64,000 nt of DNA from Squalus acanthias (taxonomy: Eukaryota). Location: NCBI GenBank assembly GCA_030390025.1, contig CM059433.1:13394001-13458000 (forward strand), in the 5' to 3' direction. The translations under genes and the position numbers were made by a program. Numbering within the stretch: position 1 is the stretch's first letter; every line of letters begins with the position of its first letter. Of this stretch, positions 1 through 11,858 are shown one piece after another. The notes beneath the pieces are model-generated. The model was not told the origin of the DNA. It saw nothing but the letters and a program-made list of their open reading frames with translations, and did no database searches.

Positions 1-321
1 GATAGGCTAGACGGGGAAAGGCTGTTCCCACTAGTTAAGGACTAGGGGACACAGATTTAAGGTTTTGGGCAAGAGATACAGGGGGGATGTGAGGAAAAAC
101 TTTTTTACACAGCGAGTGGAGAGGACCTGGAACTCGCTGCCGACGGAAGTGGTGGAAGCGGAGATACTCGATGTTTTCAAGGGGAGACTGGATAGGCACT
201 TGAGGGAAATAAACTTGCAGGGCTACGGGGATAGAGCGGGGGAATGGGACTGACTGGATTGCTCTACAGAGAGCCGGCACGGATGGGCCGAATGGCCTCC
301 TTCTGTGCTGTATGGCTCTAT
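1..321 (+). mobile_element. CR1 LINE 3' end (ORF2 C-terminus relic plus 3' UTR)
   Basis: Peptide RKNFFTQRVERTWNSLPTEVVEA is typical of the CR1 ORF2 C-terminus; 3' UTR has the GGGCCGAATGGCCTCCTTCTGTGCTG hairpin and a CTCTATG-type tail. Confidence 0.9.
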
Positions 322-1194
322 GGGGGAAAAATTCAGTTAGTTGCGCCTCCCGTTAGCGCCTTAAGAGGGCGCTAATGGGGCGCAAAGCAACTAGCACCCG
401 GGCGCGGCGATGTTTGCGCCGCTCGTGAAATTAACTAGACATTTTGCGGCGGCGCTAAACACTACCGCAACGATCTCCTGCGCCGGCGGATCGTGACGTC
501 AGTCGAGTGCGCAATGCCCCGGTAGCACCCCGGAGCAGATATTCAGTGGCGCCCCCTGCCTTACCGCCTGCCGCTAGCAACGACAGGTTGAGGGGAGCAT
601 TTTGCAGCCAGGAAGGGACTGGGGGAGCGCTATTTAAAGGCGACCGCTTCCTGCCTTTTTTTGTTGGTAACATTTTTGCACCACGCATTCTGAGAGAGAG
701 AGAGAGAGAGACTTCTGGAGAGATTCAACGCTGTGTGAAGGAGTTTTGGGTACTAAGCAGCACTTTGCAGATTCATTTTGATTTGCCCTTCCTTGCATCT
801 ATTTAGAAGAGTGTGGGGGCTGCACTCTGAGCTCTTTCCCTGGTTCTCTCCATTGTTCTTTCCAGCAGATTTGATGTACAGGTCTCTCCAGGCCGAGATT
901 CAAGGCTGCAATGAGCAGGATGTGGATGGAGAGCAAGATCAACCCACCCCTTTAAGAACTGGCCAGCGCCAGTGTGTCTCTGTTCCATTGCTGACTGACA
1001 TCACATGAGCTTCGCCAGCGCTCTGAGGTAGCGTCTCGCTCCTCGGCATTAGCGCCTTAAGAGAGGTGTGTAGCACCTAATTTAGCGCTCCAATCACCTC
1101 CAGGGGCGATAAAAGCCAAGTTTGCAGTCGGAGGGGATAATTAGCGCCAGGCGATAATTGCGGCCCAAACGGGGCGATACTGAATTTTTCCCCC
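322..1194. mobile_element. Non-autonomous PIF/Harbinger-like DNA transposon (MITE) inserted in the CR1 tail
   Basis: Perfect 16-bp terminal inverted repeat (TIR) GGGGGAAAAATTCAGT / ACTGAATTTTTCCCCC; the CR1 tail CTCTATG-ACTCTA is split with AT(G) duplicated; many internal TAGCGCC motifs. Confidence 0.8.
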
Positions 1195-1317
1195 ATGACT
1201 CTAAGCGGCTGTTTCACCTGGGGAGAGAGATGGTTTAAAATCGGGGCCATAGAAGGAGTGCTCATGTTGTGGCCTCTGTCAGGCTGTTAATCAACCTGCA
1301 AATCCTTCTACTACTTT

Positions 1318-2630
1318 ACAACAACAATGTGTATTTATATAGCGCCTTTAACGTAGTAAAACATCCCAAGGTGCTTCACAGGAGTATTATCAAACAAAAT
1401 TTGATACCGAGCCACATGAGATATTAGGGCAGATGACCAAAAACTTGGTCAAAGAGATAGATTTTAAGGTGTGTCGTATAGGAGGAAAGAGAGGTAGAAA
1501 CATAGAAAAATAGAAAAATAGGCCCTTCGAGCCTGCTCCGCCATTCAATATGATCATGGCTGATCCTCTATCTCAATACCATATTCCCGCTCTCTCCCCA
1601 TAGGTAGAGAGGTTTAGGCAGGGAATTCCAGAGCTCAGGGCCTTGGCAGCTGAAGGCACGGCCGCCAATGGTGAAGCAATTCAAATCGGGGATTTTACAG
1701 TAGTCTCATTTGGTAATGGATAAGATATGGGATTTGAAACTCAGCTCTGGGTTGAATAGGACATTGAAACTCAGCCTGAGTGAGAAACTGGACAAAGGAC
1801 AAAGGACAGAACTTCAAAGGTGAGAGTGCAAAACAAACAGGTGAAAACAAACAGTCGCCCGTTAGTCATCTCTCCCGATTTTAATTTCCATCCACTTCAA
1901 TAATTCTAAAACGGCCGGTTGATCCGATATCGCCAGTTTTGCACTATCGCCCAAAGTCAAAATGATCCCCAATGAATTCAATCTTCCTGATGTTAAGTCG
2001 GAAGAAATTCTGGCTCATTCATGACTTAATGTCATACAGGCAGTTTGACAGCACAGCAATGGTTTGGGAACAAGGGAAGTGGTGAAGAGATAGGGCTCAG
2101 TGTCATTGTCAGGCATATCAAAGCTGACTCTGTGTCTACAGATAATATCAGGAGATATATGAGGAAGAGGAGGGAGCCTCGGATGGTTTCTTGGGGAGCT
2201 CTGGAAGTGACTATTGCAGGGGTGAAAGGACTAGCCACTATTGGAGATGCGCTGCTTTCGTTGAGACAGGTAGGATTGGGAACATGTGAGGATGGTCTCA
2301 TAGTGCTGGACCACGGTGAAGATGCGGTGAAGCAGGATAGCATAGTAGACCTTGTCAGATACTATGGTAAAGTTGAAGAGGACAAGGAAGGATAATGTAT
2401 TGCCTTCACAGAGGATAACATTGGTGCTGTGAGTGGGGCAGAAACTAGGCTGGAAGGATTCAAACAGGGAGCTTTGGGAGAGGTGGGCACAGAGCTGGTG
2501 AGCGACAACACATTCAGAGGCCATTTAAAAGGAAAGGAAGTTAGAGAGTGGTGGTAATTAGAAAGGGACGATGAGTCAAGGGTGGACTTTTTGGAAGGGG
2601 TTGATAATGGCAATTTTGAGAAGGAGAGAA
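1318..2630 (-). mobile_element. Decayed L2 LINE fragments, interrupted by a short CR1 3' end (~1497-1600) and a MITE fragment (~1850-1970)
   Basis: 3' end matches the L2 copy at 53715 (CAACAAC tail, TATATAGCGCC); 1975-2630 aligns by eye with L2 RT sequence at 54550-55190. Confidence 0.7.
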
Positions 2631-2689
2631 TCACAGAATCATAGAATTACAAAATAGTACAGCACAGAAGGAGGTTAGATGATGAATGT

Positions 2690-3240
2690 AAGGAAGTTCC
2701 CTGCTGGGTTCGTTGGATAGACTGCACCAATCAGACCAGGAAAGATCCCATGTTTGATCCCCGGTCTGTGTTAAATTAACTGACCTCAGCCATGGTGTTG
2801 GTAGGGCACTAAAACTGGTCTCAGTGCCATTGGTTAAAGGGAGGGGGGAAAAAAATGTCAACAACTTTCTCGCTTCTAGTTATTATCCAGTGACACCAGC
2901 TGGGAGTTTGTGTGTGTATGGATGCCAGGTGATGAGAATATCAAGTACAGCTTAGCTGATCCCTGCAGTTGAATAGCCTGCTGATACAGGCTGACGTTTT
3001 CAGACCCCACACCATTAGCAGAGCTCCATGAGCAGGGAGTGGCTCATTTGAATAGCCTGTGACGATCCACTGATTACAGTGGACCGAGAATTGTGGGCAG
3101 TGCATCTGTGACTTTCCAATAAACCACCGCGACATGCAAACCGTGCCCGTGGCGTGGAGTCTCAGTTGTCCTTTCTGTCAAGGCCTGCATATGGAAAATG
3201 GGCATGTGAGTGAGATACTGGAGAGCGACTGTGCCTGTGG
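2690..3240 (+). mobile_element. Old tRNA-derived SINE-like repeat
   Basis: AGACCAGGAAAGATCCCATGTTTGATCCCCGGTCT resembles a degenerate tRNA T-arm/B-box head; family assignment uncertain. Confidence 0.4.
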
Positions 3241-3329
3241 AATCATACCTCAACAAATGGTTAACAGCTTCATAAGAGGAAAGGGCAAAATATTGGTGCA
3301 ATAAAGGAGGGCAAGAAGATAAGAGAAAT

Positions 3330-4010
3330 AAAGGAGATTCAAAAGGATCTGGACAAAAAGAAAGCAAACAAAGCACTGAGGTTCATTTCTAGAGGGATGG
3401 AATTGAAAAGCAGCAAAGTTATGTCCATCTAGTTCAGAACCTTGGTCAGGCAACAACTGGAGTACTGTGAACAGTTCTGGTCTCCATATTACAAAAAGGA
3501 TATAGAGGCACTGGAGAAGGTGTAAGAAAGATTCACAAGGATGATACCAGAACTGAGAGGATATACCTATCAGGAAAGGCTGAACATGCTGGGGGACTTT
3601 GCTCTAGAAAAGAGAAGGCTGAGGGGTGACCTGCTAGAGGTCTTTAAGATTATGAAAGGGTTTGATAATGTAGACACAGAGAAAATGTTTCCACTCGTGG
3701 AGAGTCCAACATTAGAGCTCACGAATATAAGATAGTCACTAATAAATCCAATAGGGAATTCAGGAGAAACTTCTTTACCCAAAGAGTGGTGAGAATGAGG
3801 AACTCGCTACCTCAAGGAGTGGTTGAGGCGAATAGCATCGATGCATTTAAGGGGAAGCTAGACAAGCTCATGAGGGAGATAGTAATAGAAGGACATGCTG
3901 ATAGGGTGAGATGAAGATGGATGGGAGGAGGCTGGTGTGAAGTATAAATGCCTGTGTGACCAGTTGGGCCGAATGGCCTGTTTCTGTGCTGTAGATTCTA
4001 TGTAACTCTA
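3330..4010 (+). mobile_element. CR1 LINE 3' fragment
   Basis: LEKRRLRGDLLEVFKIMKG peptide; 3' UTR GGGCCGAATGGCCTGTTTCTGTGCTG. Confidence 0.85.
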
Positions 4011-4197
4011 TTTAACATAATGGAACTTTTCTAGATTGTTTAAGGGATTGACAAAGTTAATCTGTACACATCGTTCATTGTGGGAAAGAGTTGAAATACC
4101 AAGGCACACAAGTTAAAAATTAGGAAGCTAGGTGTAAGGTGGGCTGTTAGGTAAAACTTATTTTTACACAAAGTAGGGTAATAGACTTATAGACTAA

Positions 4198-4358
4198 GGG
4201 AGTGAATTTCTGCAGGGGTTTCTGCCCCCGCCTTGTACGCCATAACTCCAATGGAACAGCCGCAGAAACCCTGGTGTTTGTACCATTTTTTCGGAGCTTC
4301 TACGCTCTTTTGCCGATGTTAAATGGAGAAGGGGAAGAACCCCCGCAGAAATGCTCCC
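4198..4358. mobile_element. Short palindromic MITE
   Basis: Imperfect terminal inverted repeat GGGAGTGAATTTCTGCAGGGGTTTC ... GAACCCCCGCAGAAATGCTCCC. Confidence 0.55.
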
Positions 4359-5209
4359 ATTAAGTTACTCGGGAAGCACATTAAAGCAGACGGTATAAAC
4401 GCACTTAAAAGGCAAATTGAAGTGTCTATGGAGAGTAAAGATCAAGACAATTAGTGAAACTAGGTAGATTGTTGCAAAGTCCGATCTCTCAGCCAGTCAT
4501 AAGCATAAACAAATCAATCTGTCAAACTTAAACAATGGGTCTAACTTCATGGAGCTGTTACTGGACAAAGTATTTCATTAGCATCTTCAGAAGACTGGTT
4601 GTGCAGTAAGGGTTAAAATTATTTCATTCCAGGGGAGCAGGAAGTGGCAGCGGCTTGGACACAGGCTATTCACCTCAGAACTCTGGGTTCAAATCCAGCC
4701 TAGACTGATTGGATGGAAATTTCCTCGGTTGTAAAGACGCTGAGGGCTAGAAATTCTTCTACTTACCGCCACTCTGTAGCGCCATGAAATGCCGAAAAAA
4801 TGGCAGTAGGCGCTCTTTTGCCAGCTGGTGGCGGGTCCCGCGGCCGCCATTTTCCTCCCTCCCTTTGCGCTGCTGGTAACTGGCAGCGTCCTGAAAAAAA
4901 ATGGCGGCGTGGTGATGTCAATCGACATGCAACGCCGACTTAATGACACCACTCCGAACTTCGACCCTAGCGCTGAATTCAGCACTGGGTCCTAAGCACG
5001 CCAAGTAAACCTGACGTGCATGCAGGCTGACAGTGGTGATGTCACACACACATCTTTCAGGTAAGTTTGGATTTAATCTTTTGGACAGGGTTTTTTTTGA
5101 TTTTATTGAAGTAGTGGCTTGCTGCAATAGATGTTAAAAGTTTTTTAAGTGTGTAGGGAGTGCTGCTGGATGCTTGCAAGGCCTCGGATGGTAAAGGAAG
5201 GCCTCTGAG

Positions 5210-5350
5210 AAGACAGAAAATGCTGCAAATACTCAGCAAGTCAGGCAACATCCGTGGAGCGAGAAACCAAGTTCACATCTCAGGTCGAGATGCTGCCTGG
5301 CCGGCTGAGTATTTCCAGCATTTTAGCTGTCATTTCAGATTTACAGCATC
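5210..5350. repeat. Inverted Penelope-like 3' end (pseudo-LTR) relic
   Basis: AAAATGCTGCAAATACTCAGC...CAGGCAACATC is inverted against GATGCTGCCTGG...GCTGAGTATTTCCAGCATTTT; same sequence as the Penelope-like ends at 9290-9365 and 37875-37920. Confidence 0.65.
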
Positions 5351-6611
5351 CACTCACAGAGGGAAGAGGAAGACACAGAAGAGGAAGAAGCCGAAGAGGA
5401 GGAAGTGGAAGGAAGGATGCAACCCAGACAGCCCCTTTCTGGCCGGGATATCCAGGATGGAATCATCGCCTGCAGTCCCAGTGACCACAACCCCAATTCC
5501 CCTTTCCATATTTGTCCCACACCTTACCTTCCCTCTGTTACTGACCATCACAGCGTCCTCTTGGCCACAATGCTGAAATAAAAGCCGCCACAAAGCAAAC
5601 TTTCCAATTCAACTTTATCCACATATGCATCCAATATGACAACAAGAAATCAACTAATCACCCTTGTACATTCTCTTAGTGACTGTCTTGTGTGTGCCTT
5701 TGCCTATCCTACTGATGTCACACAGTGCTACCCCAGTGGCTGCAGCATGGCTGGTGGAAGGCTGCTGATTTTCAGTGGGGGACACTGCAGATGGCAGTGT
5801 TTCTTCTTCATCTTCACTCTCCTCCCCCTCTTCTTGGTCACCCACTAGATGGGCAAGCTGCATTTCTTGGGTGTGTGAAATGAGGAAGGCACAAGGGTGG
5901 AGTAGTGGTGACGGGAGGGTGGGAAAGCAAGAGGTGCATGTAAGAAGGAGGATAATGAATGAGGATACCAGCATCTTGTATCCTTTCAGCCCTGCCGCTG
6001 GCCAAGGGCTCAGCCATGTCCCTGCCAAGAATGGCCTGCAGCGTCTCCTCCAAGGGGGTGAGGTGAGGCTAGGAATGGGAGATGTGCCTTGTAATTGGTG
6101 CAGATTGTTGGTAGGTGAGTGATTGGGGGTGGGAATCGTGCATTGAGCAGTGTGTGAGGCTAGTGGTGTAGTTGGTAGGAGACGGCTTTTGAAGATCCAT
6201 TCACTGACCTTGACCAGTGGTTTGAGGTCATGAAGCTTCTTTGGCACTGGAGCCAGGTGGTGGGGGTGACACTGCTGGCAGTGACGGCCTCGGTGATGTG
6301 GTCCCACATCCTTCTTTCTTAAGGGCCTCCTGGCCCCTGTGAGTATAGGACCTGTTTTGTTGACCCCCTGCACAAGCTGGAGTGCTGCGTGTGGGACCCT
6401 GGGTGCCCCTTCCCCGGCTTGCTGAGCCATTTGTGTCAGTGCTGAAGCAGTTTTCCCATTTTTTGTGGTTCGGAAGGGAATTCAGTTGAATAATCACATT
6501 TTGGGACTTCTTTTTAATGTTAAATTTTTTTTGAAAGGCAGTAAGGGCTGAAAACTGCATTTTCACTGCATTTTAATTTGTATTAGTTCTGAGTGCATTG
6601 CCCCTTTAATT

Positions 6612-7757
6612 TGTAAAGTTTCCAAAATTTGCAGATCCCCAAAAATCTAAGGAAAAAGGACTTTGGAACTACCCCAGAGTGATAAAAATGCATTTGGGCC
6701 TAACATAAGGAATTTAAGACCAAAGCCAAGCTTTGGCATTTTAAAAACATGTCTGGACATTGAAGCCCCAGCAAACATTAACATTTCGACAATAGGCCCT
6801 GGGAGAAGGCAACCCCACCCAAAACACAGGAACCAATAAAACCTATCACAGAACCCATTAAAGAGATGCATAAAGATAGGAGTGCTAGGCCCAGCAAGAA
6901 ACCCAAAACATGAGGACAATGCAAACTCCGATTAAACAACAGATCGACAGGACGCAAGCCATTTGACACTCAGTAAAGTCGTTACTGTTGATGAGGTCTT
7001 ACAATGACCAGGATTTGATTTGGTTCTGACAAGGCCACTTCAATTTAGCATAATTGAAGGCCCATCAAGCAGTTACAACAGTTCAGTAAGAAGAGAGTTC
7101 AGGACAATTTAACACCAAGTTAAACCCATCAAAACTTAACAAGCCCGCAAAACCAAGACAATGGAATGAACAGGCCTCAACTGAAACCTAAATCACTTCA
7201 ACACGAAACCATTTTAGTAAGGGGTTTTGGGCGCGAAAAGGACAAAGGGGCTGAACAAGTATAATTGGGGGCCTAAACCCCCAAGACTCTCTCTCTGGAC
7301 TCTCTGACAATGCTCGCACAGCTCTCTCTCGGCTCTGTTCCAGAAGCAGCACGTTCCAGGAAGACACTCGACGACCAGACCACCATCGCAATCAACTTAC
7401 CTGGCTGGATTTCGCACTGTTAAAACCCCTGTTTGGTGAGCATTATCCCTGATCTCCTGAAACCAAAACCTAGCTAGATAGTGGGATTTTTGGGAGGGAT
7501 AAGGGTTTTTGTATATTGTCATTCTCCCTCGCCTGTACCGTGTGTTCCCCAACCTGTTTAAGCGTTAAGTGTGTTTTAAGTTTGTTACCTTTTTCTTTTA
7601 ATAAAAGTCAAAATTCTTTCATCGGAACCTGTTGTCTACTGCATCTTTATTCACGACCCCTAAATAATTCCACGGTCTGAACCTGGGGCGTGGGAGCGAT
7701 TCGAATCGCTCACTGAGTCAGGGGTAAGGCTGACCCCTACCACCACCACCCCCTACA
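6612..7757 (+). mobile_element. Solo LTR (1146 bp, ERV/Gypsy type)
   Basis: Begins TGTA and ends TACA; flanked by 4-bp TSD AATT; AATAAA at ~7600; both ends homologous to the solo LTR at 45218-46611. Confidence 0.85.
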
Positions 7758-8556
7758 AATTCATAGCCCTTTTAATGGCCCACAATTCCTTGCGAGTTCC
7801 ACAGCCTCGCTCCCAGAGGCTGTGCGAAGCTTGAACGCCACTTCAGGACGGGAACTTCACCTCGGAGGTCTCCACTAACGCCACCAGGAGGGCGTTGCAT
7901 GGAAGGTTAGCGCTGCGCCACTAATCTCCAACCCCCCCCAGATGAATTTATTCTCCTTAGCGTTGCGGCCATTTTCAGCGGCCGTTAACTCTAGTTGCTG
8001 GTGACACCGGCAACCTTCGTGGTGAACACGAATTTCTCAGCCTCCGTGTGAAATGAGTGTGTGCAGTCTCAATCCAGCTCCTATTGGATAAATAGCACCA
8101 AACTGCTTCCAATTCATTAGTAATTTGTTTTAACTTGGCAATCTAACTCTGAGAGGCCAGAGGATATGGCAGATTGAAAATGCCACACTGATGCAGTAGG
8201 GGAAGTTCTTCTGAGGTTTGAACGGAGGTATATTATTGGGGTAGAGTAGAGGGAACTTTACGCTGACCCTGAAATTCCATTGGGGTTTTTTCCGGTCTCT
8301 TGCTGCAGCCACCTGGGAAACAATATAAATGGCTAAAAACGACGATTTCCCAGGGCATTCTACCAGGCTCCCACCAGGGTGGCAGAGTGTGAGAGACCCA
8401 GAAGAAATTCAGGGCCTCTGTATCTAACTGTACTACACCTAGCCTGGTCGTGCTTGATGTAACCAGTGGGTGCCTGAAATGGAAAGAGTTCCATTTCCCA
8501 GCACTAACATCCTTCACCTGGATAAACATAACATTCTCACAACAGGTTTGAGAATG

Positions 8557-9165
8557 TCTTCTTCTTCTTCTTAGGCAGTCCCTCGGAACCGAGGATGACT
8601 TGCTTCCCCACTAAAAATGAGTTCTCAGGTGACTGATAGGTCCAATGCGGGACCTACAGTCTCTGTCACAGGTGGGGCAGACGGTGGTTGAAGGGGCGGG
8701 TGGGTGGGGTGCTTGGGTTGATGTGTGCTCCTTGCACTGCTTGTGCTTGGCTTCCACTTGCTCCCGGTGAAGAGACTCGAGGTGTTCGGTGCCTTCCCGG
8801 ATGCTTCTCCTCCACTTTGTGCGGTCTTGGGCCAGGGATTCCCAGGTGTCGGTGGGGATGTTGCATTTTTTTAAGGAGGCTTTGAGGGTGTCCTTGAAGT
8901 GTTTCCTCTGCCCACCTGGGCTCTGTTGCCGTGCCGGAGCTCTGAGTAGAGCGCTTGTTTTGGGAGTCTCATATTGGGCATGCGGACGATGTGGCCCGTC
9001 CATCTGAGCTGATCGAGCGTGGTCAGAGCTTCAATGCTGGGAATGCTGGCTTGAGCGAGAACATTGACGTTGGTGCGCCTTTCCTGCCAATGGATTTGCA
9101 GGATCTTGCGGAGGTAGCGTTGGTGGTACCTCTCCAGTGCTTTGAGGTGCCTGCTGTACATAGCA
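8557..9165 (-). mobile_element. RTE-clade (BovB-like) LINE, 5'-truncated
   Basis: QLRWTGHIVRMP..RLPKQALYSEL, GGQRKHFKDTLKASLK and a C-terminal CPTCDRDCRSRIG..SHLRTH; (GAA)n tail; frameshift near 8925. Confidence 0.9.
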
Positions 9166-9282
9166 TTTAATGCCATGCTGATTGTCTTGCTTGGAAAGCA
9201 GCTAGATTGAAGGCCATGTGGATAAATATAGATGGAGGCAAACAAATGGTTCGCAGAACACAATGGTTCTTGAGCTACGATG

Positions 9283-10985
9283 ATAGCAAAATACTGCGGA
9301 TGCTGGAAATCCGAAATAACAACAGAAAGCGCTGGAAAAACTCAGCAGGCCAGGCAGCATCCGTGGAGAGAGAAACAGAGTTAACGTTTCAGGTCGAAGA
9401 CCTTTCGTCAGAACTGGAAAAAAAGCAGGAAATGAAATAGATTTAAAGCAAGTTTAGGCGCTGGGAAAAGGGGGAGGGGATGAAAGAACAAAAGGCAAGG
9501 TCAGTGGTGGGATAGAAAGCAGGAGAGATTAAGAGATAATCAAGGCAAGAGGAGGTGTTAATGTGACAGGTAGAGGCTAGATGAAGTGTGAACTGCGCTG
9601 GCAGAGTGAAGGACAGCTGCCAGTTTCTGGGAGGGATAAAAAAGGCCAAATAAAAGGGTGGATGAAAAAATAAAATAAAAAAATATATATATGTGATAGG
9701 GGCCAATGTTATGATCTGAAATTGTTGAACTCGATATTGAGTCCGGAAGGCTGTAAAGTGCCTAATCGAAAGATGAGGTGCTGTTCCTCGAGCTTACGCT
9801 GAGCTTCTGTGGAACAATGCAAGAGGCCGAGGACGGTGAGGTCAGAGTGGGAGTGGAGCGGAGAATTAAAGTGACAGGCGACCGGGAGCTCGGGGTCCCC
9901 CTTACGGACTGAACAGAGGTGTTCCGCAAAGCGGTCACCCAATCTGCGTTTGGTCTCCCCAATGTAGAGGAGACCACATCGAGAGCAGCGAATACAGTAT
10001 ACTAAATTGCAGGAAGTACAAGTAAATCACTGTTTCACCTGGAAGGGGTGTTTGGGGCCCTGGACAGTGGGGAGAGGGGAGGTATAAGGGCATATGTTGC
10101 ATCTCCTGCGCTTGCACGGGAAGGTGCCGGGCGAAGGGGAAGGGGTGCTGGGGGTGGTAGAGGAGTGGACCAGGGTGTCGTGGAGGGAGCGGTCCCTGCG
10201 GAATGCTGAAAGGGGAGGTGAGGGGAAGATGCGTTTGGTGGTGGGATCACGCTGGAGGTGGCGGAAATGGCGGAGGATGATCCGTTGAATATGGAGGCTG
10301 GTGGGGTGAAAGGTGAGGACAAGGGGAACTCTATCGTGGTTCCGGGAGGGAGGGGCAGGGGTGAGGGCAGAAGTGCGGGAGATAGAACGGACACGGTCGA
10401 GGGCCGTGTCAACCACAGTAGAGGGGAATCCTCGGTTGAGGAAAAAGGAAGACATGTTGGAAGCACTGGTATGGAAGGTGGCATCATCAGAGCAGATGCG
10501 TTGGAGACGGAGAAACTGGGAGAATGGAATAGAGTCCTTACAGGAGGCAGGGTGGGAGGAAGTGTAGTCCAGGTAGCTGTGGGAGTCAGTGGGCTTGTTG
10601 TGAATGTTAGTCAATAACCTATCCCCAGAGATGGAGACGGAGAAGTCGAGGAATGGAAGGGAAGAGTCAGAGATGGACCAGTGAAGGTGAGGGAAGGGTG
10701 GAAATTGGAAGCAAAGTGAATGAAATGTTCTAGTTCAGGGCGAGAGCAGGAGACGGCACCGATACAGTCATCAATGTACCGGAAAAAGAGGTGAGGGAGG
10801 GGACCCGAGTAGGACTGGAACAAAGAGTGTTCCACGTATCCCACGAAAAGGCAGGCATAGCTAGGACCCATGCAGGAACCCATAGCAACACCTTTGATTT
10901 GGAGGAAATGGGTGGAGTCAAAGGAGAAGTTGTTCAATGTGAGAACAAGTTCAGCCAGGCGGAGGAGGGTGGTGGTGGATGGGGG
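9283..10985 (-). mobile_element. Penelope-like retroelement, 5'-truncated (RT C-terminal half, GIY-YIG endonuclease, 3' pseudo-LTR)
   Basis: GVAMGSCMGPSYACLF...FRYIDD RT motifs; VYCIRCSRCGLLYIGET..RLGDRFAEH GIY-YIG; stop codon near 10027 and frameshift near 10680. Confidence 0.92.
9379..9415 (-). ncRNA. Minimal type I hammerhead ribozyme motif (Penelope 3' end)
   Basis: Minus strand AGTT-CTGACGA-A-AGGTC-TTC-GACCT-GAAACGTT-AACT: stem I AGTT/AACT, stem II AGGTC/GACCT, palindromic AACGTT stem III. Confidence 0.8.
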
Positions 10986-11220
10986 ACTGGTTGTTGGTTC
11001 TTGAGTTGCCTGGAAATGTCATCTGTAGGATGCAGCTTGTCGTGGTTAGGTAATGTAAGTTGCAGCATTAGATTGATGTGCTAGAGTTTTATTGGATCAT
11101 CTTCAGGAGTTGGGGTGAAATTTTAGAAAGTTTTGATGTCTTTCACCACTTTGCTCCCATCAGGAGATTGAATAAGTGGTGGAGGATCACATTGCACATT
11201 GTACAGACCTAAATAAAAGA

Positions 11221-11410
11221 TACAGATGCCGACAGAGAAACAGCAAATGCGAGAATTACACAGCAGGTCCACCAGCATCTGAAAACACTAAAACATAGGC
11301 TCATTGGATCCTGATGAAGAGTCTACTCCTGAAACGTTAACCCATATTTGCTCTCTTCAGACATTGATGAACTTGCTGTGTTTTCCCCGGAATTTTCTTT
11401 GTTTTTATTG
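11221..11410 (+). mobile_element. Degenerate inverted Penelope-like end with a hammerhead-like core (11311-11343)
   Basis: CTGATGA-AGAGT-CT-ACTCCT-GAAACGTTAACCC; the flanks form an imperfect inverted repeat; stem I is decayed. Confidence 0.55.
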
Positions 11411-11858
11411 TGTCAGCTGTGGCTCAGTGGGTGGCACTCTCTCTGAGTCAGGAGGTTGTGGGTTCAAGTCCCACGCCAGGGACTTGAGCACATAAAGCTA
11501 GGCTGACACTCCCAGTGCAGTGCTGAGGGAGTGCTGCACTGTCGGAGATGCCGTCTTTCGGATGAGACGTTAAACCGAGGCCCCGTCTGCTCTCTCAGGT
11601 GGACGTAAAAGATCCCCATGGCCACTATTTCGAAGAAGAGCAGGGGAGTTATCCCCGGTGTCCTGGCCAATATTTATCCCTCAATCAACATAACAAAAAA
11701 AAAGATTATCTGGTCATTGCTGTTTGTGGGAGCTTGCTGTGAGCTAATTGGCTGCCGCGTTTCCCACATTACAACAGTGACTCCAGTTCATTGGCTGTAA
11801 AGTACTTTGAGACGTCCGGTGGTCGTGAAAGGCACTACATAAATGCAAGTCTTCCTTT
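11411..11858 (+). mobile_element. Deu-core SINE (SacSINE1/AmnSINE1-like), full length
   Basis: tRNA-like head with A box TGGCTCAGTGG and B box GGTTCAAGTCC; Deu core GCACTGTCGGAG..GCCGTCTTTCGGATGAGACGTTAAACCGAGG; L2-like tail. Confidence 0.85.

Larger units (their letters stand above)
4744..8042. mobile_element. Non-autonomous Harbinger derivative with a Myb/SANT-like gene relic on the minus strand (~5800-6430)
   Basis: Imperfect TIR GGGCTAGAAATTC / GAATTTCTCAGCC; minus-strand peptide APRVPHAALQLVQGV...KKLHDL resembles the Myb-like relics at 40412 and 58180; TSD not resolved. Confidence 0.7.
4630..8530 (+). mobile_element. LF-SINE-like element split into 4630-4743 and 8043-8530 by a Harbinger-derived insertion
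   Basis: TTCACCTC...GGTTCAAATCCAGCC head; after the insert, GTGTGAAATGAG...GTCTCAATCCAGCTCCTA...TTGGCAATCT...GAGAGGCCA resembles the LF-SINE consensus as recalled; a small MITE (GACCCTGAAATTC...GAAATTCAGGGCC, ~8266-8416) is also nested. Confidence 0.65.

Noticed and set aside
5654..6430. 258-aa ORF as a host gene
   Set aside because: Only the N-terminus resembles a frameshifted Harbinger Myb-like relic; the rest reads through intron-like sequence
11411..11480. tRNA gene
   Set aside because: The A/B boxes belong to the tRNA-derived head of a SINE that is repeated at 47620-47699 and 56618-56690
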